The notes below the pieces were generated by a model, which saw only the letters and a list, made by a program, of their open reading frames with translations, had not been told where the DNA came from and did not search any database. The position numbers were made by a program, and so were the translations under genes. Below, piece by piece: positions 60,650-64,000 of a stretch of 64,000 bases of DNA. Origin of the DNA: Octopus vulgaris. Taxonomy: Eukaryota. Positions within the stretch are counted from its first letter, which is position 1; each line of letters starts with the position of its first letter. The stretch spans positions 10,664,001 to 10,728,000 of the forward strand of contig OX597814.1 in the NCBI GenBank assembly GCA_951406725.2. The letters run 5' to 3'.

Positions 60650-60729
60650 TTCCTGAAGAGAAAGACACAATATGGTCTCCTTATTCAATCGGAATTTGGT
60701 AAATTGTGGCTTTCGAAACACGTGTAGAA
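60650..60729 (+). ncRNA. minimal type-I hammerhead ribozyme
   Basis: ttc-CTGAAGA-gaaagacacaat...attgtggctttc-GAAAC-acgt-GTA-gaa. Confidence 0.87.
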
Positions 60730-60941
60730 TGCAATAAAACGATTTCTGTTCAATCTTCGTTCAACTCCATTTCTTCAATGCACTAATAATATTAAAATTC
60801 AATTATCCGCACCAACGCACGGGTGCAACACCATATGGGTGTACCTCCAACCGTGCTGTCTTCTGCTGTGATTTTTGCTACCAAGGTATCGGTTAAACTT
60901 TTGATTAATCTGCAACAAGATTATTCATCTTTCTATTTCAC

Positions 60942-61044
<103 letters not shown>

Positions 61045-61592
61045 TTTATTTTATATATATATATATATATTAATTATACTATATTATATTATATTAATGT
61101 CTGTTTTATGTACAGTTACAATAAAAAAATTTACACTAATCTTATAGGTTACTCTACAGATTTGTAGACTACCAATTTATTGTTCTTATACAAGAATGTT
61201 GTTCATAGTGACTTCCAAGTTCGGGACAGCTAAGCCATATATATTATCAAACCAAGCTCTTCATTCTTTACCATCTCGCCTTTTTCGAAGTAAGTAATTC
61301 TATATTGAGCAATGTGGATCTGTATTCAAGATACCGCTGTTTATTGAGGGTGGATTTTAGCATGTTAGATCTAGCAGATAGAAGCTACAAGTTAGACTAT
61401 CCTTATTCCTTTGAAGCAACGCTTCTATTTTAAAGAATGTACACTACTGTTACTCTCAAAAAAAAGGATGACAGTAGGAGATGAAAACGTTAAATTAAAG
61501 GCCACGATGAAGCAGAAATATTTCTTCACCAAATAATTTTGGTTTTGAGGAATTCTAGTACAATTATGAAGATGGTTTACTTTGATACATAT

Positions 61593-61654
61593 CTGGGCCT
61601 CAGTTTCCGATATTATATCGCTTAAGCAATATAATATCGGAAACTGAGGCCCAG
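61593..61654. mobile_element. tiny palindromic MITE, possibly PIF/Harbinger-type
   Basis: ctg-ggcctcagtttccgatattatatcgcttaagcaatataatatcggaaactgaggcc-cag has one mismatch and CWG flanks. Confidence 0.55.
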
Positions 61655-61969
61655 AACTTCACAGACACCAAAAACTTTAAAGGTTTCAGGAAAATAACCA
61701 CTAATGCCAGAATGGGCGCCACCTTTGTCATAAATTGTTGAATGTTCTGGCATTTCATTTTCAATATAAAAAAAAAACATTTTGCGCAAATATTTCATAC
61801 TACAATGGGAGAGCTTACCATTCAGGAAACAAAAGAAAATTAGAACAAAACTACACAAAACAACTGACAGATAAATTCTAAGACACTTTCCCTGGCAGAG
61901 AGTCTAAGTCATACAGATATGCAGATACATACAGACACACACATACACACATACATACACAAGCATATA

Positions 61970-62038
<69 letters not shown>

Positions 62039-62042
62039 ACAC

Positions 62043-62073
<31 letters not shown>

Positions 62074-62139
62074 CACGTACATATATATAATATATCTGTG
62101 AGTGCTGCGTATGCGTGAGCATGTATTTCTGTGTTTGTT

Positions 62140-62239
<100 letters not shown>

Positions 62240-62477
62240 TAGGTAACAGCTTATATTTCAGAAAAAGGAAAAAAAAACAAAAGATGTATATTGAAGACAT
62301 GTTCTAAGACACGTTTTTGTTACAAGCTCTACATGAAGGACTAATAATGAAATATGGCAAATCTGTAAAAAGAAAAATCGAAGCTAGAACACAACCTGCT
62401 ACAAGGATATGTGTATGTGTATGTGTTCATGTGTGCGTGTGCGCATCTGTTACTTTATATGTGTGGATTTACGTGTA

Positions 62478-62522
<45 letters not shown>

Positions 62523-63035
62523 AATGATTGGAGTTTACGGTGACAGGAAGTTTGCCTTGCTTAGCGAAGTTTCAATTTCGTGGCTTGCTTCTGTCATATT
62601 ATTTCAGAAAGATTTAGTTCTTTAGTTGTTGGTATAAAATTATATTTCTTATTGAGTTTTCTTGAATATGTATGTGTGTATGTGTGTGTGTGTGTATTTA
62701 TATGTATGTATGTACCTATGTATGTATGTATGTATGTATGTATGTATGTATGTATGTATGTATGTATGTATGATATGGATTTGCATTTATGTTGGAACAC
62801 AGTATAGTCTTTCAATCGCTATATATGTACATAACTGTTTGTGTTTGTTTGTCGTGTGTTCATGTACGATATATGAATGTGCATTTACATTTTTCATATA
62901 CATATCTATACATAGAGTACCAATACATATACGTATGCGTGTATTATATACGTATATCTATGTACAAATATGTGTACACATGTGTATGTATATCTACCCA
63001 TATAAGTATATGTATATATATATACATTACATACG

Positions 63036-63076
<41 letters not shown>

Positions 63077-63710
63077 AGTGTGTAATCTAAATTTCGTAAT
63101 TTTATTCTCTGCATTTTTCCTTCTCGTTTACCAAGTTCATAAAGTCAAGAAGCCTTTTCACCTGTCATTAAGAATGTTCTAAGGCTGCGTCTGGGGGTAA
63201 ATCTATGAGGGCCACATTCATTGAAACACGTGCACGCATGCGCTCACACATAAACACACATATGCTTGTGTGTGTGTATATATATATTACTATATACATA
63301 CATACATACACGCACACTGGCATATATATACATACATGCGCATCATTCAACTACTTAACGGTAGGCGGCAGGCGATCTGCATTTCAGATGTCAAACTATC
63401 ACGCTCCGCTTGGCAGATAGCGTTACTTTGTGATCCTAAGCGGCCTAAACAACATGGCAGTTTCTTTCCAAAGGGATGATACCTCTCACGGTTTTCCTGT
63501 GACATTTAGTGGAAAGACGTCGGTCTAAATAGCCTTCAGGAATCGTGGGAGGAGGGCGGGGGACGGGGGGAGGGGGAAGTGGTAGGGGTGGTGGGAGGTG
63601 GGGTCTTGGTATCTTAGCTAGTTGCGCTCGCGATTCGAATATGAATTTTCCACGTCACGCCTCTTTCTTCTCGTTCGTTTATTCATTTGGATATCTTACG
63701 TACCGTCGCC

Positions 63711-63743
<33 letters not shown>

Positions 63744-63763
63744 TAATAATAATAATAATAATG

Positions 63764-63806
<43 letters not shown>

Positions 63807-63893
63807 TGATGATGACGAGGACGACGATGACGATGATGATGATGATGACGACGATGATGATAATGGTGATGATGATGATGACGATGATATAGC

Positions 63894-63937
<44 letters not shown>

Positions 63938-64000
63938 GTATTATTATTATTATTATAATTATTATTATTATTATTATTATTATGAGAAGAAGAAGAAGAA
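63711..64000. repeat. (AAT)n/(GAT)n/(ATT)n/(GAA)n tracts
   Basis: Visible directly. Confidence 0.95.

Larger units (their letters stand above)
60383..60785. repeat. perfect palindrome, 201-bp arms, 1-nt loop at 60584, abutting (TA)n
   Basis: The arms are exact reverse complements; the ORF track shows near-identical ORFs on both strands. Confidence 0.97.

Overview
This is eukaryotic, AT-rich, microsatellite-saturated DNA with no recognisable host gene exon. The repeat families (tRNA-derived SINEs, mariner relics, very dense (TA)n/(TAGA)n/(CAT)n) suggest an octopus intergenic or intronic region; that assignment is an inference. Almost all ORF-track entries are simple-repeat artefacts. The real coding content is a 5'-truncated Tx1/L1-clade LINE ORF2 (6043-7929, minus), mariner and Tc1-like relics, a CR1/L2-like C-terminal fragment, and two degenerate Penelope-like (PLE) relics. 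The main signal is a swarm of short, mostly (TA)n-flanked inserts from several unrelated sequence families carrying minimal type-I hammerhead ribozyme motifs (CTGANGA-stem II-GAAAC-palindromic tetramer-GTH). Many are duplicated as long inverted repeats or palindromes of different ages, so both strands carry a ribozyme motif. This looks like a microsatellite-targeting PLE/retrozyme-like mini-element system. One family has a covarying closed stem I and a non-canonical core. The dominant SINE also shares its 3' tail with the Tx1-type LINE. All structures were read by eye and coordinates of degenerate repeats are approximate.
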